NCBI RefSeq assembly: GCF_018350175.1
Contig: NC_058368.1
Coordinates: forward strand, 152,212,001 to 152,276,000
Reading direction: 5' to 3'
Length of the DNA stretch: 64,000 nt
Source: Felis catus
Lineage: Eukaryota
Part shown: positions 37,963-51,789 of the stretch, in pieces
Layout: every line of letters begins with the position of its first letter
Position numbering within the stretch: position 1 is the first letter of the stretch
Position numbers and translations under genes: made by a program
The notes under the pieces: model-generated
What the model saw: the letters and a program-made list of their open reading frames with translations, nothing else
Database searches by the model: none
Told to the model about the DNA's origin: nothing

Positions 37963-40719
37963 TTTAAAAATGAAGATAGATTGAAAGGACCTGTAAGAAA
38001 ACATCAAGTGAAATAACATTTGCATTACAGGGGTCCCAGAAGAAGAAGAAAGAAAGGGGCATAAAACTTATTTGAAAAAATAATGGCTGAAAACTTCCCT
38101 AACTCAGGGAAGGAAATAGACATGCAGATCCAGGTATCCTAAAGAACTCCAAACAAGAAGAACTCAAAAAACTCACACCAAGACAGATTATAATTAAAAT
38201 GTCAGAAGCTAAAGAAAGATTCTTAAAAGTAATAAGAGTAAAACAATGTGTTACATACAAGGGAACTCCCCCATAAGACTATTAGCAGATGTCTGAGCAG
38301 AAATTTTGTAAATCAGAAGGGTGTGGTATGATATTTTCAAAGTGCTGAAAAAAAAAAAACTTCCAACTAAGAATACTGTACCCAGAAAGGTTATGATTCA
38401 GAATTGAAGAATTTTCCAGACAAGTAAACATTTAAAGGGGTTCATCTCTACTAACCCAGCCCTATAAGAAACTCTGAAGGAGTTTCTTTAAAGAGAAAGG
38501 GCACTAATTAGTAATAAAACATATCAAAATAAAAGTAAACATGTAGTAAAGGAAGTAAATTATTCACTTACATAGCTGTATGAAGATTAAAAGACAAAAG
38601 CAGTAAAAATGACCCTTAACTACAGTGGTTAGTTAACAGACACACTATATAAGAAAATGTAAAATGTAACACCAAAAATATAAAACATGGGGGGTGGGAG
38701 TAAAAACACAGTTTTAAAATATGTTGAAACTTAACTTCCTACCAGCTTAAAATAAACTATTATATGTAAACCTCATGGTAACCATAAAACAAAAACCTAT
38801 AATACATACACAAAAGAAAATGAGAAAGCAATCTAAACATAACATTACAGAAAATCATCAAACCATAAGGGAAGAAAGAAAGAGAAGAAGAAAGGAACAG
38901 AGGAACTATAAAATAGCCAGAAAACAATGAACAAAATGGCAATAAGTACATATTTATCGATAATTACTTTAGATATAAATGGACTACAATCTCTAATCAA
39001 AAGACATAAAGTAGCTCAGTGTATTAAAAAAAATAAACAAGAGTCATCTCTATGTTGCCTATAACAGAGTCACCTCAGATGTGAGGATGCACAGAGACTG
39101 AAAGTAAAGGGATAGAAAAAGATGTTTCATGCAAATGGGAAGAAAAAGAACTGGTGTAGCTATACTTACATCAGACAAAACAGACTTTAAAACAAAAAAA
39201 CTTGTAATAAGAGACAAAGATGGGCATTCCATGATAAAGGGGTCAACCCAACAAGAGGATATAACAAATGTAAATATCTATGCACCCAACATAGGAGTAC
39301 TTACACATATAAAGCAAATGTTAACAGATCTAAAGAGAGATGTCAACAGTACTATGAGTAGAGGCCCTATATACATTACTTATATCAATGGACAGATCAT
39401 GCAGACAGAAAATCAATCAGGTAATATCATCCTTAAATGACACATTAGACAAGATGGATTTAATAGATATATATGGAACATTCCATCCAAAAAGCAAAAT
39501 ACATATTCTTCTCAAGTTCACATGGAACATTCCCCAGGACAGATCATATGCTAGACCACAAAGTAAGTATCAATAAATTTAAGAAGACTGAAATCATATC
39601 AAGCACATTTTCTGACCAAAATGGTATGAAACTAGAAATCAATTACAACATGAAAACTGAAAATAATCACAAATATTTATAGATCAAACAACAGGATCCT
39701 GTACAACCCATGGGTGAACAAATAAAGAAGAAATTTAAAAAATGACTTGAGACAAATGAAAATGGAAACACGATGGTCCAAAATGGTAGGAACACAGCAA
39801 AAGCAATTCTAAGAGAATTGAGGGCTACCTCAAGAAAAAGAAAAATCTCAAATAAACAATGTAACTTTACACCCAAAAAAACTATAAAAAGAATATCAAA
39901 GCTCAAAGTTAGTAAAAGGAAGGAAATAATAAAGATTAGAGAGGAAATAAATGACTAGAGACTAAAATGAAAATAGAAAAGCTCAATGAAACTAAGAGCT
40001 GGTTCTTCAAAAAGGTAAGTAAAATTGACCAAACTTTAGCTAGACTCATTAAGAAAACAAATAAAGAGTTCAAAAACCTAAAATCAGATATGAAAGAGGA
40101 TAAATTATAAACCAAAGAAACACAAAGATTCATAAGACACTACAGGAACAATTTTATGCCAACACACTGGAAACCTCATAGAACTGGATAAATTCTTCAA
40201 AACACACAATCTTCCAAGACTCAAACAAGAATAGAAAATATGAATAGACTAATTATTAGTAAGGAGATTAAATCAGTAATCAAGAAACTCCCAACAAACA
40301 AAAGTCCAGGACCAGATGGCTTCACTGGTAAAGTCCATCAAACATTCAAAGAATTAATACCCATCCTTCTCAAATTCTTCCAAAAAAATTGAAGAGGAGG
40401 GGATACTCCTAAATTCAAGACCAGCATACCTTGATACCAAAACCCAGACAAGGACACCATAAAAAAGAAAATTACAATATCCCCAATGAAGCTAGATGCA
40501 AAAATCCTCAGCAAAATATTAGCAAATCAAATCCAACAATGCATTAAAGGGATCATACACCATGATCAAGTGGGATTTAAACTCCAGGAAGAAAGGAAAA
40601 TTCAACACCTGCAAATCAATCAACATGATAATAACACAATAACAAATTAAGGGTAAAAATCACATGACCTTCTCAGTAGATGCATAAGAAACATTTGACA
40701 AAATTCAAACATCCATTTA

Positions 40720-40922
40720 GTTTTTTAAGTTTGTTTGTTCATTTATTTAGGGGGTGGGGGTGGGGGGTATGGGCAGAGAGAGGGAGAGAGAGAATACCAA
40801 GCAGGCTCTACTCTCTCAGCACAGAGACTGACGCAGGGCTCAATCTCATGAATTGAAAGATCATGACCTGAGCTAAAAGCAAGGGCCAGACACTTAAGCA
40901 ACTGAGACACTCATGCATCCCC
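40720..40922 (-). mobile_element. CanSINE nested in old L1
   Basis: SINE body; degenerate TSD caaacatccattta / caaaaatctgttta. Confidence 0.93.
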
Positions 40923-41675
40923 AAAAATCTGTTTATGATAAGAATTGTTAACAAAATAGGTACAGATGAAACATACCTCAACATAATATAGGCCACACTG
41001 ACCAGCCCAAAGCTATCATCACACTCAACATCAAAACGGTCAAAGCTTTTCTCTAATATCATAAATAAGACAAGAATGCCCACTTTTGACATTATAGTAT
41101 TGGAAGTCCTAGGCAGAATAATAAAGCAGGAGAAGAAAATAAAAGACATCCAAATTAGAAAGTAAGAAGTAAAACTATCATATTTACAGATGACAAAAAC
41201 CCTAAAGGCCCCACCAAAAAACTGTTAGAACTAACAAACAAATTCAGGATACCAAATCAATATACAAAACATGTGTTGTGTTTTCATACATTAACAATGA
41301 TCAGAAACACAAGGAAGGAAACAATTACATTTATAATTGCATCAAAAAGAATAAAACATCTAGGAATAACTTTAACCAAGGAGATGAAAGACCTATATGC
41401 TGAAAACTGTAAGAAATTGATGAAAAAAATTAAAAGATATTCAGTGCTCATGGATTAGAAAAATATTATAAAAATGTCCATAATAGCCACAGCAAACTAG
41501 AAATTCAATGCCATCTCTATCAAAATTCCAAAGGCTTTTTTCGGAGAAATAGAACAAACAATCCTTAAAAAAAAAAACAAAAAAAAATAAAACAAACTAG
41601 ATTAGCGGTTGCCAGGGAGAGGAGGGGGAGGGTGTTGGGTGAAATGGGTGAGTAGATCAAGAGGTATACACTTCC

Positions 41676-41934
41676 GGGTTACCTGGGTAGCTCAGTTCAT
41701 TAAGCAGCCAACTCCTGATTTGGGCTCAGGCCATGATCTCAGGGTTGGTAAGATCCACCCCAATCAGAGATTGAGCCCCACATCGGGCTCTACGCTGACA
41801 GTGTGGAGCCTGCTTGGATTCTCCCTCCCCCTCCTTCTCTCTGCCCCTCCTATGCACTCGAGTGCATACACACACACACATGATCTCTGTCTCTCTCTCT
41901 CAAAATAAATAAATAAACTTTAAAAAAAGAAAAA
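41676..41934 (+). mobile_element. CanSINE nested in old L1 3' UTR
   Basis: Degenerate TSD aagaggtatacacttcc / aagaggcacaaactccc. Confidence 0.93.
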
Positions 41935-44623
41935 AAGAGGCACAAACTCCCAGTTACAAAATAAGTCATGGGGACGCAATGTACACCATGGTGGCTAGCT
42001 ATGGTCAATAACACTGTATTGTAAATTTGAAAGTGGCCAAGAAAGTAAATCTGAAAAGTTCTTATTACAAGAAAAAAGATTTTTTTTCTTTGTAACTTTG
42101 TATAATGAGAAATGGTACTGTACTGTACACAAATGTCAAATCATCATGTTGTATACCTAAAACTAATATAATGTCTGCCACATACACTTTCATTAAAAAA
42201 AGAAAGAAAGAAAAAGGAAAACTTCTCAATTCCATAAACTTTTATCAGGTTGACCTTGGGGAAGGTACTGCCAGAAAACCAACACGCTAAAAGCAAAATA
42301 AAGATCACTCCTCCCAAACACAGCCCAGATCCACCTTCAAACCTCTGTCTACAATTTAAGGAACTGTAATGGCAAAAATACATGACATGTGTGAAGCCTA
42401 CTAATACAGTTTGATGTATTAGTTGGAAACTATTGAAACAAAGACTATTCCTCAAGAAAAAAAAATTTAAATACACAGTTTTCCCAAATGATTGAAATGC
42501 TGTCTTATTTAAAAGCAGAGAAAGAACTTCATTAGGTAATTTTTTTAATTCTTTGAAAAAGGTGTAATTCTGTCATTCTGATGTTTATTAAATAAATAAG
42601 TAATATAAATCTTTTATATAAGAAATTATCTCTGAATATTTCTATTATTAATAATTATATTCTGTGAAGGTAAAACAAAAAAAATGCTAAAATAGAAGGG
42701 ATGTCTTGACATCATGAGTTCTCCAACCAGCTATATGAAATGGCCATATGGGCTAATTATTTCAAGCCAATGGTATTTTATAGAGATAAATGAACATCAC
42801 TGTGTGTTTGCCTTCTTATTTCTTGAGCATTGTCTAAGGGAAATAATACAACCCAGAAGATCAAGAGTTGTTTAGAAATTTAAGCAACTGAAATTAATTT
42901 CAAATTAATCTAACATTTTGAATGCTAGCTATACCTGAGGTTTTTTTTTTAAGTCTTCTATTTTTAGTACAGCATAACTTTTAGTAGCTAGTATTGGGTT
43001 CTCAAAATGCACTGCAGGGAAAGAGAGGGGACCAAGCATCTTCCTAAAGAGAGTAATACAATGAACATACATTTTTTATGGGACGTATTTATCTATCCTC
43101 TCTGGAAGACAGGATTGCAATGAGATTTTATTTCCTACTCTCATCCTGGGCTAGAACTTTATCAGGTCCCTGCCAGTGGTGAGTTCTGCTTCTTCCAGAA
43201 GAAAATCTTGTAAGTCGTTTAGTAAATACTAAATGGAAACCCTGGGATATCTCACAACAAGAATTTCAAAAGTAATAGCTGACCAATTCAGAACAGAACC
43301 TCTGTGTCTCTTGTAACAGTATGTTAAGCTAAGTAGAAAGATCTCTGTGGTTTTAGCAACTCTAATCACACTCCATTTGCCCCTATTGACTATAAGCAAT
43401 GTTTTCTCAAGAACATTAACAAAGTATGAGCTATTTACATATTTCATCATGGAAGGGCCCAAATCTTACTTACATCTGTTTGTTTCTTGGGGCCCTGATC
43501 AAAACAGTTTCAGTAAGTGTCCAGTCATATTATTACACATGAAAATAGTTTTGATTTTTGTAGGCACAGAGACTACTTAAGCCAACATTTAGAGAAAATT
43601 CTATTAAGCAAACAATCTCAGTCTAAGGTAGTATAGAATGTGAAAATTATGGTAGAGAAGAGAGAATATCAACAGAAGAGCTGTTTGAAATGCAGGCTCA
43701 CGAACAGCAATATTCAAAGTGTGACTGAAACACTAAAGTATAAAAGTAGACATACCAGAGCCTTGTGTACTTGTCAGGGATAAGGCAAACAACTCGTGGG
43801 GCTCTTGCAAGCTTCGGTGTATTAGGAGCCAATGTTTTTCTAATTCTGAATTGGTGGGAAATAATTATGGCCTGTGCATTCTTTTTAGAAAGCTCCAGAA
43901 ACAGTTGCTACTTTGAAGACATTCTTTCTTTAAAGTGTTGATATTTTTAAAGTGTAATTCTCATAGAGCTATGTTTCAGCGATGTAGTAAGTCACACATT
44001 AATTTACATGAAAAGCTGTATGTCCTGACAATATCAATTAACTTGTATTTATATACATTTAACGTTTCTGCAGTAGATATCAAATAGAGGGTAGATCACA
44101 GACATTATAGATTTTTGCAAATATGCAAATTTCAAATTTATTCAGTCATTCTCAGGAACTGGAACAAACTAAAGAGAAGAATTCAAGAGTTAAATCCTTC
44201 AGGTTTTTATCTTACATCTGCCTTCATTTGCCATATTCCCCATACACACATGTTTCTGGAAGGCAAAGTGTTTCTTCTCTTATAATCTGAGTCCTGGGAC
44301 TCTAGTAGCATGGTTGCCTAGGGTCTGACAAAATTCTCCCTACATGTTGTATCTCAGATTCACAAAAGAAATCACTTTGGATTTCCCATGTTCAGAATAA
44401 TTTATCCTGTGGCTTTTACATGGTCAAATTTTAATTTGGGCCCATTATTGCTTTTTATCTGGTAATCATATATATCAATCTTTAGATAGATGATAATCAA
44501 CAACAGAATTCCATGTGATACTTTCCAAAGCGTACTATAACTGTATTTTGCATGCTTGTATTCTACAACATCTATGTTATTTGTCACTGACAAGATGGAT
44601 AATAGGGAGTTAATTTAACTTTT

Positions 44624-44843
44624 TTTAACTTTTTAAATGTTTTTTATGTATTTTTGAGAGAGACAGAGACAGAGTGTGAGTGGGGGAGGGGCAGAGAGAG
44701 AGAGAGGGAGACACAGAATCTGAAGTAGGCTCTAGCCTCTGAGCTGTAAGCAGAGACTGACACAGGGCTCAAACTCATGAACTGTGAGATCATGGCCTGA
44801 GCTGAAGTCGGACGCTTAACCAACTGAGCCACCCAGGTGCCCC
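44624..44843 (-). mobile_element. CanSINE (SINEC_Fc type)
   Basis: TSD ggagttaattta[a/g]ctttt at 44606-44623 and 44845-44862. Confidence 0.97.
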
Positions 44844-47255
44844 TGGAGTTAATTTAGCTTTTAAGAAATACAGTTGTGTAACACAAAAACAGCCATCAAA
44901 ATTATGAAATTCTGAACTAATTCTAACCCAGCTCTCTTAGACATTTTAACTGTTTTAAATTCTTATTCGAGTCTTTTAGAATCCATGGTTTGAACTTCAA
45001 CGTAAAAGATGATACCTGTGGGACAGTAAATAAAAATGGTTTTCATTTGTTCTTAAAATTGTCTACAGTTGAGGTGGCAAAACTCACAAGTTGTTAAAGG
45101 GAAAGAGATGCTTTTCAAACCCAAATCAGCTAAATATTAATAGGCCGATGCTAGATATCAATAATCAAAAAGATGTCACCTTAAGGACACTAGAATCCTA
45201 TAATCAATTGTTATTTGCTGAATTTACTTGTTTATTATTTTTGTCTTTGGAGAGGAAAGTAGTGTAGTACATTAAAAATTACCAGAAGAATTTAGATAAC
45301 TGATTTACTTCTCTTACTTTTCCTCTTTTATAACATAATTTCTAAGGTTTTATCCTATCTATCTTGATACTTAACTTTTAAAACTTGCAATCTTGGTCAA
45401 AGTTGGCCAGCAATATATCCTTATTTTCTTATGGGTCTGTTTAGCTCTAGATACATTCAGCTTTCTCAGCCCTGTTAGGTTCGTAGTATTTTAAAACACA
45501 CCTGTTCTTTGTAGAAATTTTGGAGTATCTAACCGCTCTTGAATAACCCCCTATAGGCTAATTCAGTTTCTTGTAAATGTGGAATTGAGATGGTAAGGTA
45601 GTCAATTGAAATAAGATTGATAAACCAAATCTTAGGCATTAAATATAACTATTTCCAAAGAGCATTTGAAAAGGGTCCTCATTTACCCTGTCTGGACAGA
45701 ACTGGTCAATAATTGGAAAGAGTTTCTCAACCCTAATGTTAGTATCTCAGAGAAGTGGGCAATCTTAATCCAATAAGAAATATAATAAAAATCAGGAAAT
45801 TTGAGGTTTGGAAAATGGACAGGCTACAAGTACTAGAGGCAAGAACTGTAGCTGGCCAAGTACTGAAAGGTGAATGAATCTCAGGCATAGTGTTTGTAGG
45901 GCCATCACACATTTGGAGAGAAGTTATCATTAAAATCCACTAGGCCACTGCATCCCAACTTTCTTTTTTTTTTTCCACTGTATTCCACATGTCAGATAAT
46001 ACTTACAAGAGCCATACAATACAGTGGAAAAACTAGATTTGTTTGAAAAAAAAGAAAGGAAAATAAAAAAGAGAAAAGAAAAGCTTAAAAATAAGCCAAA
46101 TAGTACTGATGTCTTATTTTCATTAGCATAGCCTTCAAAAAAGTATTTATAAAACATGAAAATTAAATCATACTTTTAAAGATGTCAAAAATGGTTTTAT
46201 AAGGAAAAATAAATATGACTAATATTTTCTTGAATATTAAACCACATTTCTTAAATATGAATTTTGACCTTTCTAGAATTCTACTTAACAAATAGCATTA
46301 ATAAGTTGAGCAACTATGTAACACTAAGGGATATTAATAAATAAATGTAATTCCTTTTTTATTACTATATATAATGTACATGCTGTAACATATTTTTATA
46401 TAAAGAACATCATTCTCAATAAGACAATTAATCATGTAAAACTCTAAGTACTGGTGTTTCATCTGGTCTCCCCACTCCTTTCACTAAAAATGCATTCATG
46501 GGTAAAATTATAAAGACATTGTAAGTAACTATAATATCATAGTTCACAAATTCTACAAAACACTCCAAGCACACAACTGTTAGCTATAGAGCACTAAGAG
46601 CTCGTTGCTAGAGGTTGCCAAACCTGTGTAGTTCTGGCTTTCCTTGTGATTTCTCTCACCCTTCTCAAAATCATATCAGAATACATATGGGTATATGAGT
46701 GCAAGTGATAGCATTAGAGAAATAACCTTGACTCCTTTTAGACAAATGAAAAATTCATGTCATTCACAAACTTTAGATCTCTATTATTAGCAACAAGAGT
46801 ACTTGCTACACACCTCAAAATAACACAAATATTCTAGTATCTGCCCTCAGTTGAAAATATCTTGATGGAACTGTTAGCTCTTTGAGTTTCCAGCATTAGT
46901 TCCTATTTAAGTTCCCAGCATATGGCACAAGGAGGGCACATTGTCAGCATTCAATAATTGTGGGTGGAATTCAACTTGGCATCCGTTAGGTGACCCTACC
47001 ATTGAGGAATGGTCTCCCTTCACTAATTGCAAATGAGAACTGCCAAATACAATTTGGTCCTCCAGACTGGCTGTCAGCACTTTTAATCCATATTAAAGTA
47101 AGCTTGCTTACAAAGGAGAAAAATAGCTTACTTTTATAAAGCTTTAGAATGATTGATAAATTTTTTATACATATATGATATTTTAGTCTTCTCATTTTGT
47201 CTCTTTATTGAGATTTCATCAATGCAGAGGAAGTGGGGGTGGTCTGATTCTTGGA

Positions 47256-47492
47256 GGGGCACCTGGGTGGTTCAGGTCGGTTAAGTGTCCAACTCTTGGT
47301 TTCGGCTCAGGTCGTGATCTCACAGTTTGTGAGATCCAGCCCTGCGCTGGGCTCTGTGCTGACAGTACTGAGCCTGCTTGGGACACTCTCTCTGTCTCTC
47401 TGCCTCCCCTACCCCCACATGCGCTTGCATGTGCATGTGCATTCTCTCTCTCTCAAAATAAATAAATGTTAAAAAATTTTTAATTAATTAAT
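47256..47492 (+). mobile_element. CanSINE
   Basis: TSD tctgattcttg[g/a]a at 47243-47255 and 47493-47505. Confidence 0.95.
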
Positions 47493-48104
47493 TCTGATTC
47501 TTGAAGAAGAGATTTTATCTCCAAACACGCTGTCTCAATTTCTCACAATTCAGATTCCTAAATAAGTTTTTTAAACGAGGTAATAATAATAAACAGGTCC
47601 TCATTCTCTAATCTTTTTACCCCATTCAAAAAAAAATTCAGTTCCAATCTCACTCTCAGTTGAATGCTTACAATAATCAATACATAATAAATAATAATCA
47701 AACATTTACAAAAGCTTTAAAATGTTTACAAAACTTTGCAAAGAACAAAGCTACATCTTTTTCTTTTAAAACATATTTTACCTCAATGAAGACATGTGAA
47801 AGCACCCCAATGGAAGCAGGAGCTACCAGATCATATTGAGCAGCTCTCTTTTGACAAATCTATGGATAATTATGTCCAAGAATAGTATGAAAATGCTTTC
47901 TCTCCTTTTTGGCACAACTGATCTGGAAGGCCTATGTAGGTTAAGACTTACATATAAGACTTACATGTAAAATGCATTAGCATTTTATAAAATTCCCAAT
48001 TTTTTTTTACAATGAAGCAATTTCCTAAACTTCCACAATCTCAACTGCAAATTAAACTTCTATGTCAGTGCCAGGTTAAATTTCCAAAACACTTTTTTGG
48101 AAAG

Positions 48105-48330
48105 AGGTTTATCGAATGTTTTTTATGTGCTCCACACTATGCTAAGCAATTTTCAGACCTTATCTCATTAATTTTCACACCTATGAGGTAGATACTGTCA
48201 AAATCCTCATTTTACAGATGAGAAAAGGAAGTCTGGGGAAGATTTCACCATTTATTCAAGATTGTATAGCCATTACATGGTAGAACTATGTTTCAGAGAC
48301 ACAGGTCATTTTCACTTCAAAACCCAAGCT
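48105..48330 (-). mobile_element. MIR SINE
   Basis: cctatgaggtagatactgtc...cctcattttacagatgagaaaa core. Confidence 0.85.
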
Positions 48331-49033
48331 ACCTACTATTGTGCGAACTTGTGGTGAAAAGTCTTCAATTTGGGTTCCTTTTTGCATATGAAACAAGAAA
48401 AAGTTTGTAAATTCTCACCTTTAGAAACAACTTCGCAGGTCCTCTAGCCTCCCATGCTTTTCCTCTCTATTTTCTGATGGCTCTAAGGCTAGTGTAGAAG
48501 TTGACTCTTATGAGGTAAGGACAGTGTCCTGCTTCTGCATGTTACTTGTCAATGCACATGCCCATGCCTTTAATAACAATTAAAAGACAATTGATCTTTG
48601 ATGCAGACACATTCTTCTGCCTTTCAAAGCAAGACTTTTCAAAGGATGGTCCCCATCTGGCTTACCGAAGATTTAGTCATTCAAGAAATACATTTCTTAA
48701 TGATCATCTATTATATGCTTTTCCAATTTTCTTTCCAGTTTTCCAATTCAAGAAATTTTTGAATGAATGACATATACACATAATATATTCCCCATGCTGG
48801 AAGTAATTCAAGAGCATACTAGAGGTATAGGGAGTTCATTTACAATCCATACCCTTTAGTAATTGAAATGTAAAAATAAAGCTATATGAGTTCCTTAGTT
48901 TTAGAGGCATCCAGGACTTTCAGGCCATACAGAGTAGAAATAAAATCATCAACTTATTTTTATCAATCTAATGGAATATCTACTTTAAAACTCTCCTGGA
49001 AAAGGCTAACTCTAGTCTAAAACATAAAACTAA

Positions 49034-49243
49034 TGTGGCACCTGGGTGGCTCAGTTTGTTGGGCGTCAGACTTCGGCTCAGGTCATGATCTCACGGCCCG
49101 TGCGTTCGAGCCCCACTTCAGGCTCTGTGCTGTCAGTTCGGAGCCTGGAGCCTGCTTCGGATTCTGTGTCTCCCTCTCTCCCTGCACCACTCATGTTCTG
49201 TCTCTCTCAATCAAAAAATGAATAAACGTTAAAAAAATTTTTA
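49034..49243 (+). mobile_element. CanSINE, first element of a tandem pair
   Basis: SINE body; outer TSD taaaacataaaactaa at 49018-49033 and 49461-49476 encloses both elements. Confidence 0.95.
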
Positions 49244-49460
49244 GGGGCGCCTGGGTGGCCCAGTCGGTTAAGCGTCCGACTTCAGCCAGGTCACGATCTC
49301 GCGGTCCGTGAGTTCGAGCCCTGCGTCAGGCTCTGGGCTGATGGCTCAGAGCCTGGAGCCTGTTTCCGATTCTGTGTCTCCCTCTCTCTCTGCCCCTCCC
49401 CCGTTCATGCTCTCTCTCTGTCCCAAAAATAAATAAACGTTGAAAAAAATTTTTTTTAAA
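49244..49460 (+). mobile_element. Young CanSINE (SINEC_Fc type) in the tail of the first
   Basis: CpG-rich, consensus-like (cagccaggtcacgatctcgcggtccgtgagttcgag); aaaaaaattttt present on both sides. Confidence 0.96.
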
Positions 49461-51059
49461 TAAAACATAAAACTAAGAAAAGCACTTATTACTTCTTTAA
49501 GCAATATGTCCACTATTTTCTTTCATTTCATATCCTGGAAACATATTTCCATAGAATCAGTCACTTTGTAAAAGAAGTTTCTCCTATACTTCTGGGGTGG
49601 GGAGGAGCGCACGCGCGCACACATGCACATTTCTCACTATTTTACCATTCCAGACCTGATTACATTGTTATATTACCCTTTGGCAAGGTTTACAAAAAGC
49701 GAAACCTCATAACCTCTTGACAAATGTTCCTCTCTTAACTGGTAATGAAAGAGTGAAAATTTGTGGTGAATGAGATCCAACCTGAGGATCCGTCTACAAA
49801 AGAGAAACAGACATTTCAAACCCTTCTTCCTCTCTTTTTCTCTGAGAATATAAAGAGGACAGTTCTCCATGGGGACTTTTCCTTTCAGAGTAACAATACT
49901 TGAAAGTTGAGAATTCATCCACTTTCACCACCTGTTTAAAATGCCCAAGCCTTCCTTGGCCTATTGCAGCAAGTGGTCTGTAAATTTGAACAAACTCAGA
50001 TTTCTTACATTCCTCCCACCTGCCACATTTTCTTAACTGAAAGCAAAAAGTGTTGCAATTGTATGTATTCCCGCGAGCCTGCAGAGATTCACAGAGTTCT
50101 AACAGACATTGCTTTACGTTTTTAAAATAGGACAAAGCAGTCTGAAAATAGTGAGGTTTTGGGGTAGATCTGTTTTTAAAAAGACTTAAATATGGTAAAA
50201 TCAATCTAAAAACTGTTCTAGGCAGCTGAGAAGCTGGGGATAACATGAGCAAAGGGAATAAAGACAGCGCTGAAGAGCCAGTACCAGTTGCTAATACTTA
50301 ATCTCTTTAAATAATGAATTAGCTGCTCATATCTAGTGTGGCTGCTAAGAGAAAGCACTTTCTTTGTGGAGTGAAGTAAAGCTTGAATACCCATGAATTA
50401 TTCAATATAAAGTGTGCCAGTTAAAATGCCTTGATATTGGAAGTCAAGTGTAAGATTATCTCTTGTCTGTCAAAAAGCATCTCTACCGTGTTACTGAGCC
50501 CTAGAGGAGGGGCCCAAGGAGAGAGAAGAGAAAGAAGGAAAGCCATCCAGAAACAACATAATAAAGCACTAAGCATTCAAAGTGAGTTGGTAGCAGCTTC
50601 CTCACTGTGGGGAAACCTTTATTGACATGCCCTCTTTAAACAGAAGTTAATGCTTACTGCTTACAGTCACTACCTCCCTCTGTCTTCCAGGATGAAACAA
50701 GGAAAAGTTGACTATTTTCCATTGGAAACACTACATACTAGTTCACCACTTGGCTTAAAGAAATAGTTTCCCTCCTATTTTACCTTTTGATCAATTTAGA
50801 AGTTTTAAAGCAAAAGTGATTAACCACAAAACATATCAGAATGTAGACCATGGCAAAATTTCAATGTACAGTATTTCATTATTACTCTATGAAATGATAT
50901 CATACTCAGCTGGATTTTTTTTTCTTTCCTGGAAGTTCTTCAAGATTTGCCCTTTTTTTAATACTCAAGGAAATAATTTGGTGCATAAAGAAATCAAGAT
51001 CCTAAAGTCACTGGGCTTCTTTTAAAAATAAAGTACTTGGAAACTATATATGCTATACT

Positions 51060-51745
51060 TTCAAAAAGCATTCATTAAGCACTAATTATGGGAAAGCACT
51101 ATTCTAGGTGCTGAGAATAAAAAGATCAGTAGTCCCTACACTCAAGGTATTTGCCATGTAGAAGAAACAGATGCATACACATTAAACCCATAAAATGTCA
51201 GAGATGATATGACGGAACATCTCAAAGGGCAGAGGGCAATCTATTTGAGTGGGGAGTGGGGACAATCAGAGAAAGCTCATAGAAAATAGAATGTTAGAGG
51301 TTAGATTTGAAAAAAAGGTAAAAGATGTTCATCAAGGCAGATTGAGGAAGGAGGTTTTTATTACAAGGGATGAGGATGAGTAAAAGCGGTGCTGTGAACA
51401 CCATCTGGCATCTGTGGAGAACCACAGCCATCAGGGTGTGAGTGAAGCATCATTTAGAAGCTGGCAGGTAAAAATAGGCTAGGCTACAGGCACAAGGCTG
51501 ATTGTGGGTACCACGCTAAGGAGCTAGAATGTTATTTCCTCAGCAATAAAAGACAATTCAAGGCAGGTAAGCATTAGATGTACATCTTAAGGTTCGTGTT
51601 AAGAAAGATCCCTCTGATAATGAAGCAGAGAGCCAACTGAGAAAGTACAAAGCTGGGAATGGGGGCACCGGCTACATTACTATTACCAGTGCAACGAAGA
51701 CAAAAAAGAATAAAAAGGTGAGGAATGGCCATGGCAGTGGGATCT
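51060..51745 (-). mobile_element. L2 LINE fragment
   Basis: ttcaaaaagcattcattaagcact...cactattctaggtgctgagaata; ttaagaaagatccctctg. Confidence 0.75.
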
Positions 51746-51789
51746 AATTCAACTTCGAGGTATCTGAATCAGATGAATAAGTAGCAATC

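Larger units (their letters stand above)
36625..42215 (+). mobile_element. Decayed near-full-length L1 (L1MA9-like): 5' UTR, ORF1 and ORF2 remnants, 3' UTR
   Basis: ORF1 remnant (EFKVMVMKMLTELG, ~37620-38490). ORF2 endonuclease remnant (GVAILTSDKTDFK, NIYAPN, SSSHGTFPRTDHML) from ~38935. KSPGPDGFTG-like segment ~40300; tttacagatgac RT-core remnant ~41183. L1MA9-type 3' UTR (tgttgtatacctaaaactaatataatgt). Many stops and frameshifts. Confidence 0.93.

Noticed and set aside
49794..50252. 152-aa single-exon ORF
   Set aside because: No recognisable domain and a non-ATG first codon; only part is kept as a speculative exon.
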